Shown here: positions 33,232-41,176 of the stretch, in pieces
Layout of the letters: the number at the start of each line of letters is the position of its first letter
Position numbering within the stretch: position 1 is the first letter of the stretch
DNA from: an uncultured Chryseobacterium sp.
GTDB lineage: Bacteria; Bacteroidota; Bacteroidia; Flavobacteriales_F; PHOS-HE28
Direction of reading: 5' to 3'
Assembly (NCBI GenBank): GCA_964394425.1
Contig: CAYMXP010000004.1
Location: 15,874 to 79,873 of the forward strand
DNA length: 64,000 bases
The notes under the pieces: model-generated
Told to the model about the DNA's origin: nothing
Seen by the model: the letters and a program-made list of their open reading frames with translations, nothing else
Databases searched by the model: none
Position numbers and translations under genes: made by a program

Positions 33232-33714
33232 TCACATCTTGATCAGCACGCCGTCGGCCAGGAAGGTCAGCTTCTCCTCGTCGCCCTTGATGGCCTCGCA
33301 TTCCTCCTTGCTCTTGCCGGCATCCTCGGCGTAGTGGCGGCGCATGGCTTCGCTGATCACCTCGCGGCTGGCGGTGCCCTCGATGATCGCCGTCCTGCCT
33401 TCCAGCCCCTCGGTGGGAACGAAGAAGCCATAGTCCGTGAAGCGCACTTTCATCGCCGAGCCGTCGTTGAGCTTCACGTCCATCCAGCAACCCTTCTTCT
33501 GGCAGCTGGTGATGATCTCGGCCTGCAGCTTCACCTTCACCTCCTCGGTGGTGCCACCCATCTTCCGTGCGAACGCGGCCGTGTTCATCGGGTCGTTGGG
33601 CGAGATCACCGCTCCGTAGCTCACGTAACCGGGCACCGAGGTGGCGTCCTGCGCCCGCAGGGTGAAGCCGAGAAGGAGGACGAGGACGGTGATCAACGTG
33701 GAAATGCGCTTCAT
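33232..33714 (-). CDS. DUF4920-like secreted protein
   Basis: Signal peptide MKRISTLITVLVLLLGFTLRAQ, and CQKKGCWMDVKL...FFVP motifs typical of that family. Start moved to the internal ATG. Confidence 0.7.
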   Translation of the reverse strand: MKRISTLITVLVLLLGFTLRAQDATSVPGYVSYGAVISPNDPMNTAAFARKMGGTTEEVKVKLQAEIITSCQKKGCWMDVKLNDGSAMKVRFTDYGFFVPTEGLEGRTAIIEGTASREVISEAMRRHYAEDAGKSKEECEAIKGDEEKLTFLADGVLIKM

Positions 33715-33895
33715 GGGATGTGGTTGGTTCGGCCGCGAAGGTCGTGGATCGCCCGGGCCGCGGGCCATGACTTCCTTCAGGAGCATGTTAAAAAAGGTTG
33801 GCCGCTTCTCTTCCACCGGCTCAGGAAGATCGATCGGGATGTTTTCAGACAAAAAATACAGTCTGGAGGGTATTTTATCCGCGGCCCCACCCCGC

Positions 33896-33903
33896 TACGT
33901 TTG
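33896..33903 (+). promoter_or_regulatory. possible TAnnTTTG -7 box upstream of the DUF900 operon
   Basis: TACGTTTG lies 71 nt upstream of ATG 33974, in an AT-richer stretch (aaaaaatacagtctggagggtattttatcc). Confidence 0.3.
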
Positions 33904-33973
33904 TTCACGGCGATCCGCGATCAGGAATGCCGCGCGGCACGGAAGAAAAACGCATCCATCCCATCACCCCGCC

Positions 33974-35041
33974 ATGGTCACCCACTACCTCGTCACCAAC
34001 CGCCAGGTGCGCACCGGCAAAGCGCGCGACAGGGACTACCTCGCGGTGAACGGAAAGGAATACCTGCGCATCGACGGGGAGGAGGAGGCCATGGACAACC
34101 TGCGCTACGGCGAGGTGCGCTTCGATCCGGGGAAGGCGGCGGCGCTGCGGGATTTCGAAGTGATGCTGCATCCGGACCTCACGGGGGAGGAAATGCGGCG
34201 GCTCGGTCTGCTCAATGAGCTGCCGGCCAACAAAAAGCCCGGTTCGCGCAAGGTGTTCGAGGAGCTCTACGAAAAGGGCATGCGCGCCATGCGCGAAGAG
34301 CACATCCTGGTGTTCGTGCATGGGTTCAACAACGACCTGGAGAGCGCCCTGCGCACGCTGGCGGACCTGCACCGGCGCTACGTGGTGGCCGGCAGCCCCA
34401 TCCGCCACATCGTGATGTTCAGCTGGCCGGCCCGCAGGAACCTGCTGAAGTACCGCGACGACGCGCGCGACGCGGTGAAGAGCGGTTACGCGATGGCCCG
34501 CTCCTTCAACGCCCTGCGCGATTTCTTCCTCGACCTGATCCGGGACGGCCTGCGCAGGAACAACGACCCCGACATGCTCTGCGGCCAGAAGATCCACCTG
34601 CTCTGCCACAGCATGGGCAACCGCGTGCTGGAGAGCATGCTGGCCGAACTGCGCAACCTGGGCATCAAGCCCAACAACATGTTCGGGGAGATCATGTTGC
34701 TCGCCGCCGACGTGGACGACGATGGGATGGAGCCCGCCAAGCCGCTGCACGACCTGATCAGCCTCGGCGAGCGCGTACACATCTACTACCACAACGAGGA
34801 CAAGGCGCTTGGCATCAGCGAAAAGACCAAGAACGCCTTCAACCGCCTGGGGCGCTGGGGCGCACGCCGGTCCATTCCACTGCCCGACTCGGTGTACCAG
34901 GCCGATGTGACCTACATCGGCGATGAAGAGGCGCCCTTCATCCAGCAGATGGGGCACCACTGGTACTACCTCAACAGCCCCAGCGTGGTGCGCGATGTGA
35001 TCGAGGTGCTCAACGGCCGACCCTCGGTGTTCCAGATCTGA
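33974..35041 (+). CDS. alpha/beta hydrolase, DUF900-like (putative esterase/lipase), cytoplasmic
   Basis: ILVFVHGFNNDLESA...MFSWPARRNLLKYRDDARDA...IHLLCHSMGNRVL (nucleophile elbow H-S-M-G) ...LLAADVDDD. No signal peptide. Start at the internal ATG 33974. Confidence 0.8.
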   Translation: MVTHYLVTNRQVRTGKARDRDYLAVNGKEYLRIDGEEEAMDNLRYGEVRFDPGKAAALRDFEVMLHPDLTGEEMRRLGLLNELPANKKPGSRKVFEELYEKGMRAMREEHILVFVHGFNNDLESALRTLADLHRRYVVAGSPIRHIVMFSWPARRNLLKYRDDARDAVKSGYAMARSFNALRDFFLDLIRDGLRRNNDPDMLCGQKIHLLCHSMGNRVLESMLAELRNLGIKPNNMFGEIMLLAADVDDDGMEPAKPLHDLISLGERVHIYYHNEDKALGISEKTKNAFNRLGRWGARRSIPLPDSVYQADVTYIGDEEAPFIQQMGHHWYYLNSPSVVRDVIEVLNGRPSVFQI

Positions 35042-36636
35042 TGGCCATGCGCTTCGCCGACCTGCACGCCCACAACCACGCCAAGAGCTACCTCTGGCTC
35101 AGGCCCAACCGGGAGAAACACCGGGCAAAGGGCGAATACCATCCGTGGACCATCATCAGCGACCACCGCAAGGCGCTGCAGAAGGGCGACATGGGCAGCA
35201 GGTACGCGCAGGCCGACCTGGTGAAGCTGTGGAACGGCGGGGTGCGGCTGGCCTTCAACGCGCTCTACCCCATCGAGCGCGGCTTCTTCACCATCTCCAT
35301 GGATGGCATCGCCGGCGAGGATCGCTGGTACAAGGCGCTCACCCGCGCGATCACCTCCCAGCACCTCCCCCTGCGCGACGCGTTGCAGTTCATGGTGATG
35401 TTCATCCCCGACCGGATGATCGATCACTTCCAGTCGGACGGCTACGACTACTGGGCGGCGCTGAAGGAGGAGTACGCCTACGCGGTGAGCAAGGATGGGC
35501 AGCCCACGCGCAACACCATCCACACCCCCACCCTGTTGCGGCAACTGCTGGAGAGCGAGAAGCGACGCCGGAGGAGGTACCCGCGCGAGCTGGACGCGGA
35601 AGGCACCTATGCCGTGCCGCGCACCAGGGCGGAGCTGGATGCGGCGCTCAACGCCGACCGCATCGCCATGGTCCTCACCATCGAGGGCGCGCACTCCTTC
35701 GGAACGGACCGGGCCTCCATCGACGCCTGCCTGCAACGTGTGATGGAGGTGAAGCGGTGGCCGCACCCGGTCTTCTTCATCACGTTCGCGCACCATTTCG
35801 ACAACGGGCTCTGCGGGCACGCGCACAGCTTCCCGGACGTGTCCACCTTCATCATGGACCAGGGGCCGCGGCTCAACGAGGGCTTCACCCCCGGCGGCTG
35901 GCGCATGATCCGCCGCCTGCTCTCGCTGAGGGACGACAACACGCCCGACCCCCACGCCGGCCACCGCATCCTGATCGACGTGAAGCACATGAGCGCCCGC
36001 GCGCGCAAGCAGTACTACGCGAACATCGTGGAGCCCCGCCGCGCGATGGGCGACGTGATCCCCGTGATCGCCAGCCACGTGGGCTATTCCGGGGTCGCCA
36101 CGCTGGACCGGCTGATCGCCGGACTGGGCACCGAGAAGGACGACGCCTTCGACGCCAGCGGCCGCTTCAACCGCTGGAACATCAACGTCTGCGACGAGGA
36201 CGTGAGGATCATCCACCGCACGCGCGGCCTCCTCGGCCTGAGCTTCGACCAGCGCATCCTGGGCGTGCCCAAGGCGCAGAAGACCCCCGGCGGCCGCAAC
36301 ACGATCGTGGCGCTGTGGGACAACGTGAAGGAGATGATGAACGTGATCTACAACGACGCCACGATCCCCGCGGCCCTCAGGCCGTCGATCTGGGAACGCA
36401 TCACCCTGGGCAGCGACTTCGAGGGCTGGATCGATCCCATCGACGACTATCCGACCAGCCTGTACTACGACGCCTTCCGTGACCACCTGATCCAATGCGC
36501 CGATGCGGAGCGCGTGAGCGCCGCCCCCCCGCCGTGCCTGCGCGGCTTCGCCAGCCGCGCCGCGCTGGTGCATGCCATCGACGGCCTGTGCCACCGCAAC
36601 GCGGAAACCTTCGTGAAAGATCATTTCCCACGCTGA
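35041..36636 (+). CDS. membrane-dipeptidase (peptidase M19)-like metallohydrolase-fold protein
   Basis: DLHAHNH at the N-terminus, MVLTIEGAHSFG, LIDVKHMS, VIASHVGYSG and ITLGSDFEG (compare the GSDFDG hallmark of M19). Start overlaps the upstream stop (TGATG). No signal peptide. Confidence 0.65.
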   Translation: MAMRFADLHAHNHAKSYLWLRPNREKHRAKGEYHPWTIISDHRKALQKGDMGSRYAQADLVKLWNGGVRLAFNALYPIERGFFTISMDGIAGEDRWYKALTRAITSQHLPLRDALQFMVMFIPDRMIDHFQSDGYDYWAALKEEYAYAVSKDGQPTRNTIHTPTLLRQLLESEKRRRRRYPRELDAEGTYAVPRTRAELDAALNADRIAMVLTIEGAHSFGTDRASIDACLQRVMEVKRWPHPVFFITFAHHFDNGLCGHAHSFPDVSTFIMDQGPRLNEGFTPGGWRMIRRLLSLRDDNTPDPHAGHRILIDVKHMSARARKQYYANIVEPRRAMGDVIPVIASHVGYSGVATLDRLIAGLGTEKDDAFDASGRFNRWNINVCDEDVRIIHRTRGLLGLSFDQRILGVPKAQKTPGGRNTIVALWDNVKEMMNVIYNDATIPAALRPSIWERITLGSDFEGWIDPIDDYPTSLYYDAFRDHLIQCADAERVSAAPPPCLRGFASRAALVHAIDGLCHRNAETFVKDHFPR

Positions 36637-36638
36637 CC

Positions 36639-36881
36639 ATGCCACGCAAGAAGCCCGCGCCACGCATCGTGGAGGATCCCTCCGACGAGGACCATCTGTT
36701 CGGCCTGCTGGTGATGCACGAAGGCATCCGCGACCAGCTTGCATCGGACGATGACGATGCCGTGGAGCTGGCGCGAAAACTGGCGGCCATCCGCACCGAG
36801 CTGCTGGAACGCGACCTCGACGCGCACGGGAGCGGACGCAAGGGAACGAAGCGTGCGCCCCAGCGGGGTCGGACGGAGTAA
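36639..36881 (+). CDS. small hypothetical protein (80 aa), paralog of the next gene
   Basis: Starts 2 nt after the upstream stop. Shares the core L[FY].LL.MHE......(acidic)..ELARKLAA[IV]RTEL[LI]ER with the 36906 ORF. Confidence 0.55.
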   Translation: MPRKKPAPRIVEDPSDEDHLFGLLVMHEGIRDQLASDDDDAVELARKLAAIRTELLERDLDAHGSGRKGTKRAPQRGRTE

Positions 36882-36905
36882 GGAGCGACAAAAACCATCA
36901 AAACC

Positions 36906-37121
36906 ATGGAACCCGAAGATCACATCGACCCGGATGAACGACCGGCACGAACGTGCAACGAGGTGGACCGGCTGTACGCCCTCCTGCTCATGCACGAGCG
37001 CACGCGCAACGGCTGGATGGAGGCCGGCGCCGACCGCGCCGAGCTCGCACGCAAACTGGCCGCCGTGCGCACCGAGCTGATCGAGCGCGAGCGCATGGAA
37101 CGCCGCCGCACCCACAACTGA
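36906..37121 (+). CDS. small hypothetical protein (71 aa), paralog of the previous gene
   Basis: DRLYALLLMHERTRNGWMEAGADRAELARKLAAVRTELIERE aligns with DHLFGLLVMHEGIRDQLASDDDDAVELARKLAAIRTELLERD. Confidence 0.55.
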   Translation: MEPEDHIDPDERPARTCNEVDRLYALLLMHERTRNGWMEAGADRAELARKLAAVRTELIERERMERRRTHN

Positions 37122-37173
37122 GCGGAGCCGAACGCGGGTCTATATTCGCGGCCTCGATGCGGTCCGACCCCGC

Positions 37174-37257
37174 GCCCAGGTGGTGAAATTGGTAGACACG
37201 CTACTTTGAGGGGGTAGTGCCTTAACCGGCGTGCTGGTTCGAGTCCAGTCCTGGGCA
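37174..37257 (+). tRNA. tRNA-Leu (GAG anticodon), long variable arm, CCA not encoded
   Basis: GCCCAGGTGGTGAAATTGGTAGACACGCTACTTTGAGGGGGTAGTGCCTTAACCGGCGTGCTGGTTCGAGTCCAGTCCTGGGCA. Acceptor GCCCAGG/CCTGGGC, anticodon stem CTACT/GGTAG with loop TT-GAG-GG, T-arm CTGG-TTCGAGT-CCAG. Confidence 0.9.
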
Positions 37258-37270
37258 CGTGATGATCAAA

Positions 37271-37296
37271 GCCTCGCCACGATGTGGCGGGGCTTT
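37271..37296 (+). terminator. hairpin + short T-run after tRNA-Leu
   Basis: GCCTCGCCA-CGATG-TGGCGGGGC forms a 9-bp stem with one G-U pair, followed by TTT. Confidence 0.4.
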
Positions 37297-37420
37297 CCCA
37301 TGTACGACCCGAGCCGAACGAAGTTCGAGCGAGGGCGTGCATGGGAAAGCACGCGAGCGAAGCGAGCAGGTTTCGATCCACTTCACGGCCAAAGCTGGTC
37401 CGACGGAGCGTAGCAAAGTC

Positions 37421-37452
37421 AGTCCGGTCCTGGGCACGTGATGATCGAAGCC
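37421..37452 (+). repeat. direct duplicate of the tRNA-Leu 3' end (T-arm/acceptor 3' half plus 16 nt downstream)
   Basis: AGTCCGGTCCTGGGCACGTGATGATCGAAGCC matches AGTCCAGTCCTGGGCACGTGATGATCAAAGCC at 37242-37273 with 2 mismatches in 32 nt. Confidence 0.8.
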
Positions 37453-37477
37453 CCGCTGCGGTGCAGCGGGGCTTTTT
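37450..37477 (+). terminator. rho-independent terminator-like hairpin after the duplicated tRNA 3' fragment
   Basis: GCCCCGCTGC-GGTG-CAGCGGGGC followed by TTTTT. Confidence 0.55.
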
Positions 37478-37699
37478 CGCGGTCGATGCAGCCGGGCAGG
37501 AGGGCGATCGTGGCATTGATCACGTGATCGAAGGGTCCGGACCCGGCCCAAACGCATGCCCCCCGCCACGCCGCCATCCGATCGATCGCCACGCGTACTG
37601 CGCACGCCCGTAGCCAATTACGGCCTTGCCCGTAGCAGGCGTCGTTCGATATCGTGCACTTTCGGATCGCACAAGTAGCCGCGCAACCCCCAACCGATC

Positions 37700-38773
37700 A
37701 TGCCCGATCCACTGAAGGACCTGCTCGTCGTCGAAACCGCCTCGGTCCTCGCCGGTCCGGCCGTGGGCATGTTCTTCGCCGAGCTGGGCGCGCGCGTGAT
37801 CAAGGTGGAGAACAAGCGCGCGGGCGGTGACGTGACGCGCAAATGGAAGCTGCCGGAGGAGGATCCGCGATCTCCCGTGAGCGCCTACTTCAGCAGCGTG
37901 AACCACGGCAAGGAACACAGGATGATGGACCTGACCGCGGCGGAGGACCGCGCGACCTTCGATGAACTGGTGCGCAAGGCCGACGTCCTGCTGACCAATC
38001 ACCTGGCCTCCGATGCGGAGAAGCTGGGCATGCAGCGCGACAGGCTCCAGGCCATGAACCCGCGACTGGTCCACGGGCACCTCAGGGGCTTCGCGAACGA
38101 TGCGGCCCGGCCCGCCTTCGACGTGGTGCTGCAAGCGGAGATGGGCATCATCAGCATGACCGGCAGCGAAGGGGCTCCGGCGAAGTATCCCATGGCGGTG
38201 ATCGACATCCTGGCGGCCCACCAACTGAAGGAAGGGCTGCTGCTGGCGCTCTGGCAGCGCGAACGCACGGGCCGGGGCGCCTGCGTGGAGGTCGCGCTGG
38301 ATCAGGCGGCGCTCACCGGCCTGGTGAACCAGGCGAGCAACTGGCTGATGGCCCGGCGGCCGGCCAGGCCGACCGGCACCCTGCACCCCAACATCGCGCC
38401 ATACGGAGAGCTCTTCACCTGCCGCGACGGCGGCGAGCTGGTGCTGGCCGCGGGCAGCAACGACCAGTTCATCGCGTTGTGCGATGTGCTGGGCCTTCAC
38501 GACCTGCGCAGCGACGCGCACTTCACCACCAACGCCAAACGTGTGAAGAACCGGGCCGTGCTGGCGCAATTGCTCCAACCCGCGATCGCCGCGCGCGATC
38601 GCGCCCCGTTGCTGCGGGACCTGACCGCCGCGGGCGTTCCCGCGGGATCCGTTCAAATGCTCGATGAGGTGCTCGCCTCACCCCTCGCCCAAGCCATGAC
38701 GCTGGAGGAGGTGATCGACGGTGCGCGCACGCTGCGGATCAGCGGCAACGCCTTCCGCATCACGACCTACTGA
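37700..38773 (+). CDS. CoA-transferase family III (CaiB/BaiF) protein
   Basis: LLVVETASVLAGPAVGMFFAELGARVIKVE at the N-terminus and DVLLTNH. The 357-aa size and pattern are typical of family III CoA transferases. Confidence 0.85.
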   Translation: MPDPLKDLLVVETASVLAGPAVGMFFAELGARVIKVENKRAGGDVTRKWKLPEEDPRSPVSAYFSSVNHGKEHRMMDLTAAEDRATFDELVRKADVLLTNHLASDAEKLGMQRDRLQAMNPRLVHGHLRGFANDAARPAFDVVLQAEMGIISMTGSEGAPAKYPMAVIDILAAHQLKEGLLLALWQRERTGRGACVEVALDQAALTGLVNQASNWLMARRPARPTGTLHPNIAPYGELFTCRDGGELVLAAGSNDQFIALCDVLGLHDLRSDAHFTTNAKRVKNRAVLAQLLQPAIAARDRAPLLRDLTAAGVPAGSVQMLDEVLASPLAQAMTLEEVIDGARTLRISGNAFRITTY

Positions 38774-39327
38774 GCGGCCTTCCGCTCGCGCTTCAGTGCC
38801 TGCCGCACCACGGCAAGCACACGCTCGGCCTCCGGCCGGGTGAGCCCCTTGCCGAACACGAACGACCGGCCCGCATCCTCGAAGCCGATCCGGGCGCCCC
38901 CCATCATCCAGAAGCTGCTGTTCATCTGCCACTGGAACGAGCGCTCGTCGATCTCCAGCAGGTCCAGGCGCCGGATGTTGTCCACGAAGTGATCGCGCGC
39001 GCGGCCGAAGCCCATGATGCTGTCCTTCAGGGTGAGCACGCCGCCCTTGATCCGGACCAGCTCGAAGCCCTTCAGCCTCCAGAGCGCCACGCGCCCGATG
39101 CGCAGCAGGAAATAGACCCAGAACAACAGGAAGGCGAAGGTGAACTGGCGTTCGCGACCCGCTTCCATCCGCGCGGCCTCGATGATCACGAAGATGCCGC
39201 AGGCCAGCCAGGCGATCACCCAGGCCACCAGCAGCGCCTCCTTCCACCGCGGCAGTCGCGCGCTGATCACGATGCTCACGCGGTCGTCGCCCCGCTCCAC
39301 GCTCACCCGGTCGCCGAGGAAGTCCAT
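38767..39327 (-). CDS. hypothetical membrane protein (2 TM), translationally coupled to bshA
   Basis: 186 aa with TM segments ALLVAWVIAWLACGIFVIIEA and FTFAFLLFWVYFLLRIG. The start ATG shares one base (39327) with the bshA stop codon. Only the C-terminal part of the 643-aa track ORF is used. Confidence 0.65.
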   Translation of the reverse strand: MDFLGDRVSVERGDDRVSIVISARLPRWKEALLVAWVIAWLACGIFVIIEAARMEAGRERQFTFAFLLFWVYFLLRIGRVALWRLKGFELVRIKGGVLTLKDSIMGFGRARDHFVDNIRRLDLLEIDERSFQWQMNSSFWMMGGARIGFEDAGRSFVFGKGLTRPEAERVLAVVRQALKRERKAAQ

Positions 39328-40460
39328 CACGCGGGATCCGGGGACAGCACGCGCCGGTAGATCGCCTCGTACCGCGGGAGCACGCGGTCCACCTCGAAGG
39401 TGCGCGCCACCTCCCGCGCGCCCTGGCGGAAGCGGTCGTGCGCTGCTGGATCGCCCAGGATGGCGAGCGCGCCGGCGGCCATGCCTTCCACATCGCCCGG
39501 GTCGAAGAGCAACCCGCTGCGTCCATGCCGGTTCACCTCCGGGGTGCCGCCGGTATTGGTGCTCACCACGGGAACGCCGCTGGCCATGGCCTCCAGCGCG
39601 GCCAGGCCGAAGCTTTCCGTCTCGCTGGTGAGCAGGAACAGATCGCAACTGGCCACGACGTCGTCCGGCGTGGTCATCTTTCCCAGGAAAAAGACCTCCT
39701 CCGCGAAGGAGGAGGCCCGGCACTGGCTTTCGATCCGCGCGCGGTCGGGCCCGTCGCCGATGAGCAGCAGCCGCGCGGGCATCGTTCGCCGCACGCGCTC
39801 GAACACGGCCACCACGTCGTCCACGCGTTTCACGGGGCGGAAGTTGCTCACATGCACGAGCAGTTTCTCTCCGGCGGGCGCGTAGCTGCGACGCAGCGCG
39901 GGATCGGGCCGCTGCGGGTACTGGTCCGGGCACACGAAGTTGGGGATCACGTCGATGGGGCGCTTCACCGGGAAATGCGCATAGGTGTCGCCGCGGAGGC
40001 TTTCGCTCACGGCCGTGACCGCATCGGAGCGTTCGATCACGAAGGTGATCACCGGCTCGAAGCTGGCATCGCGCCCCACCAGCGTGATGTCGGTGCCGTG
40101 CAGGGTGGTGATGAAGGGCACGTGGCGGCCGTGGGTGCGCAGGATCTCCCGGGCCATGTAGGCGGCGCTGGCATGCGGGATGGCGTAATGCACGTGCAGC
40201 AGGTCGAGCCGCTCGTGCAGCGCCACGTCCACGATCTTGCTGCTGAGCACCAGTTCGTATGGCTGGTAGTCGAACAGCGGATAATCGCTCACGCGCACCT
40301 CGTGGTAGAAGACCCGCCCGGCGTGATCGCGAAGACGCACCGGGCGGTCGTAGGTGATAAAATGCACCACGTGGCCCTTCCGCGCCAGGGCGAGGCCCAG
40401 TTCGGTGGCCACGACACCGGAGCCGCCGAAGGTGGGATAGCAGACGATTCCGAGGCGCAT
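39327..40460 (-). CDS. bshA: N-acetyl-alpha-D-glucosaminyl L-malate synthase (bacillithiol biosynthesis glycosyltransferase)
   Basis: Collinear with Bacillus BshA as I recall it: MRLGIVCYPTFGGSGVVATELGLALARKGHVVHFIT, HVHYAIPHA, TTLHGTDIT, VSNFRPVKRV, SETESFGLAALEAMASGVPV. Confidence 0.9.
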   Translation of the reverse strand: MRLGIVCYPTFGGSGVVATELGLALARKGHVVHFITYDRPVRLRDHAGRVFYHEVRVSDYPLFDYQPYELVLSSKIVDVALHERLDLLHVHYAIPHASAAYMAREILRTHGRHVPFITTLHGTDITLVGRDASFEPVITFVIERSDAVTAVSESLRGDTYAHFPVKRPIDVIPNFVCPDQYPQRPDPALRRSYAPAGEKLLVHVSNFRPVKRVDDVVAVFERVRRTMPARLLLIGDGPDRARIESQCRASSFAEEVFFLGKMTTPDDVVASCDLFLLTSETESFGLAALEAMASGVPVVSTNTGGTPEVNRHGRSGLLFDPGDVEGMAAGALAILGDPAAHDRFRQGAREVARTFEVDRVLPRYEAIYRRVLSPDPA

Positions 40461-40524
40461 GGGGATCGGCCCGCGAAAGTGGCGATTGCGAAGGAGAGGA
40501 CGGGAAGGCGCGATCGGGCGGTCC

Positions 40525-40532
40525 TACTTTTG
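40525..40532 (+). promoter_or_regulatory. TAnnTTTG-type -7 box
   Basis: TACTTTTG lies 18 nt upstream of the ATG at 40550. Confidence 0.4.
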
Positions 40533-40549
40533 CGGTCATTCCCTCCCTC

Positions 40550-41176
40550 ATGCGCAGGATCTTATTGCTGGCGACCCTCACCGGATCGTTGTACGCCACG
40601 GCCCAGCCCGAGCGCGACCTGGTGCAGTTCAGCGGGGTGGTGGTCACCGGCGACAGCCTGCTGCCGGTGCCGTTCACCAACATCCTCACCCGCAACACCT
40701 ACCGCGGCACCATGAGCGACGTGTACGGCTACTTCTCGTTCGTGGCGCAGGAGGGCGACACGGTGCTCTTCAGCGCGATCGGCTTCCAGCGCTCGCAGTA
40801 CGTGATCCCCACCGACCTGCCCGAGAAGAAGTACTCGATGATCCACCAGATGTTCCCCGACACCTTCCTGCTGAAGCCCGCGCAGGTGTACCCCTGGCCC
40901 AGCCCCGACCAGTTCGCACAGGCCTTCCGCGACCTGGACCTGCCCGACGACGACTATCAACTGGCCCTGAAGAACCTGAGCCCCGCGGAGATGCTGCAGC
41001 GCATGGAGAACCTCACGCCCGCCGCCTACGAGAGCTACCGCTACCAGATGGCGCTGGACCAGACGAAGCTCTATTACCAGGGCGGCTATCCCTCGATCAA
41101 CCTCTTCAATCCCGTGGCTTGGGCCCAGTTCATCCAGGCGTGGAAGAGCGGAGCGTTCCAGAAGAAGAAGAAATGA
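40550..41176 (+). CDS. carboxypeptidase-regulatory-like domain protein (secreted)
   Basis: Signal peptide MRRILLLATLTGSLYATAQ, then FSGVVVTGDSLLPVPFTNILTRNTYRGTMSDVYGYFSFVAQEGDTVLFSAIGF. Confidence 0.75.
   Translation: MRRILLLATLTGSLYATAQPERDLVQFSGVVVTGDSLLPVPFTNILTRNTYRGTMSDVYGYFSFVAQEGDTVLFSAIGFQRSQYVIPTDLPEKKYSMIHQMFPDTFLLKPAQVYPWPSPDQFAQAFRDLDLPDDDYQLALKNLSPAEMLQRMENLTPAAYESYRYQMALDQTKLYYQGGYPSINLFNPVAWAQFIQAWKSGAFQKKKK

Noticed and set aside
37258-37700. Searched downstream of tRNA-Leu, and around the 58.5-63.4 kb islet, for integrase, transposase or IS terminal repeats.
   Set aside because: No ORF with integrase or transposase motifs was found. The track ORFs at 36920-37617 are low-complexity frames overlapping the tRNA and its duplicated trailer. 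Only the att-like direct repeat is reported.
38767-40698. 643-aa ORF spanning the bshA region in a different frame.
   Set aside because: The N-terminal ~450 aa are low-complexity Arg/Pro/Gly and overlap the bshA frame, which has an unambiguous BshA signature. Only the C-terminal 186 codons (from MDFLGDRVSV) look like a real membrane protein.
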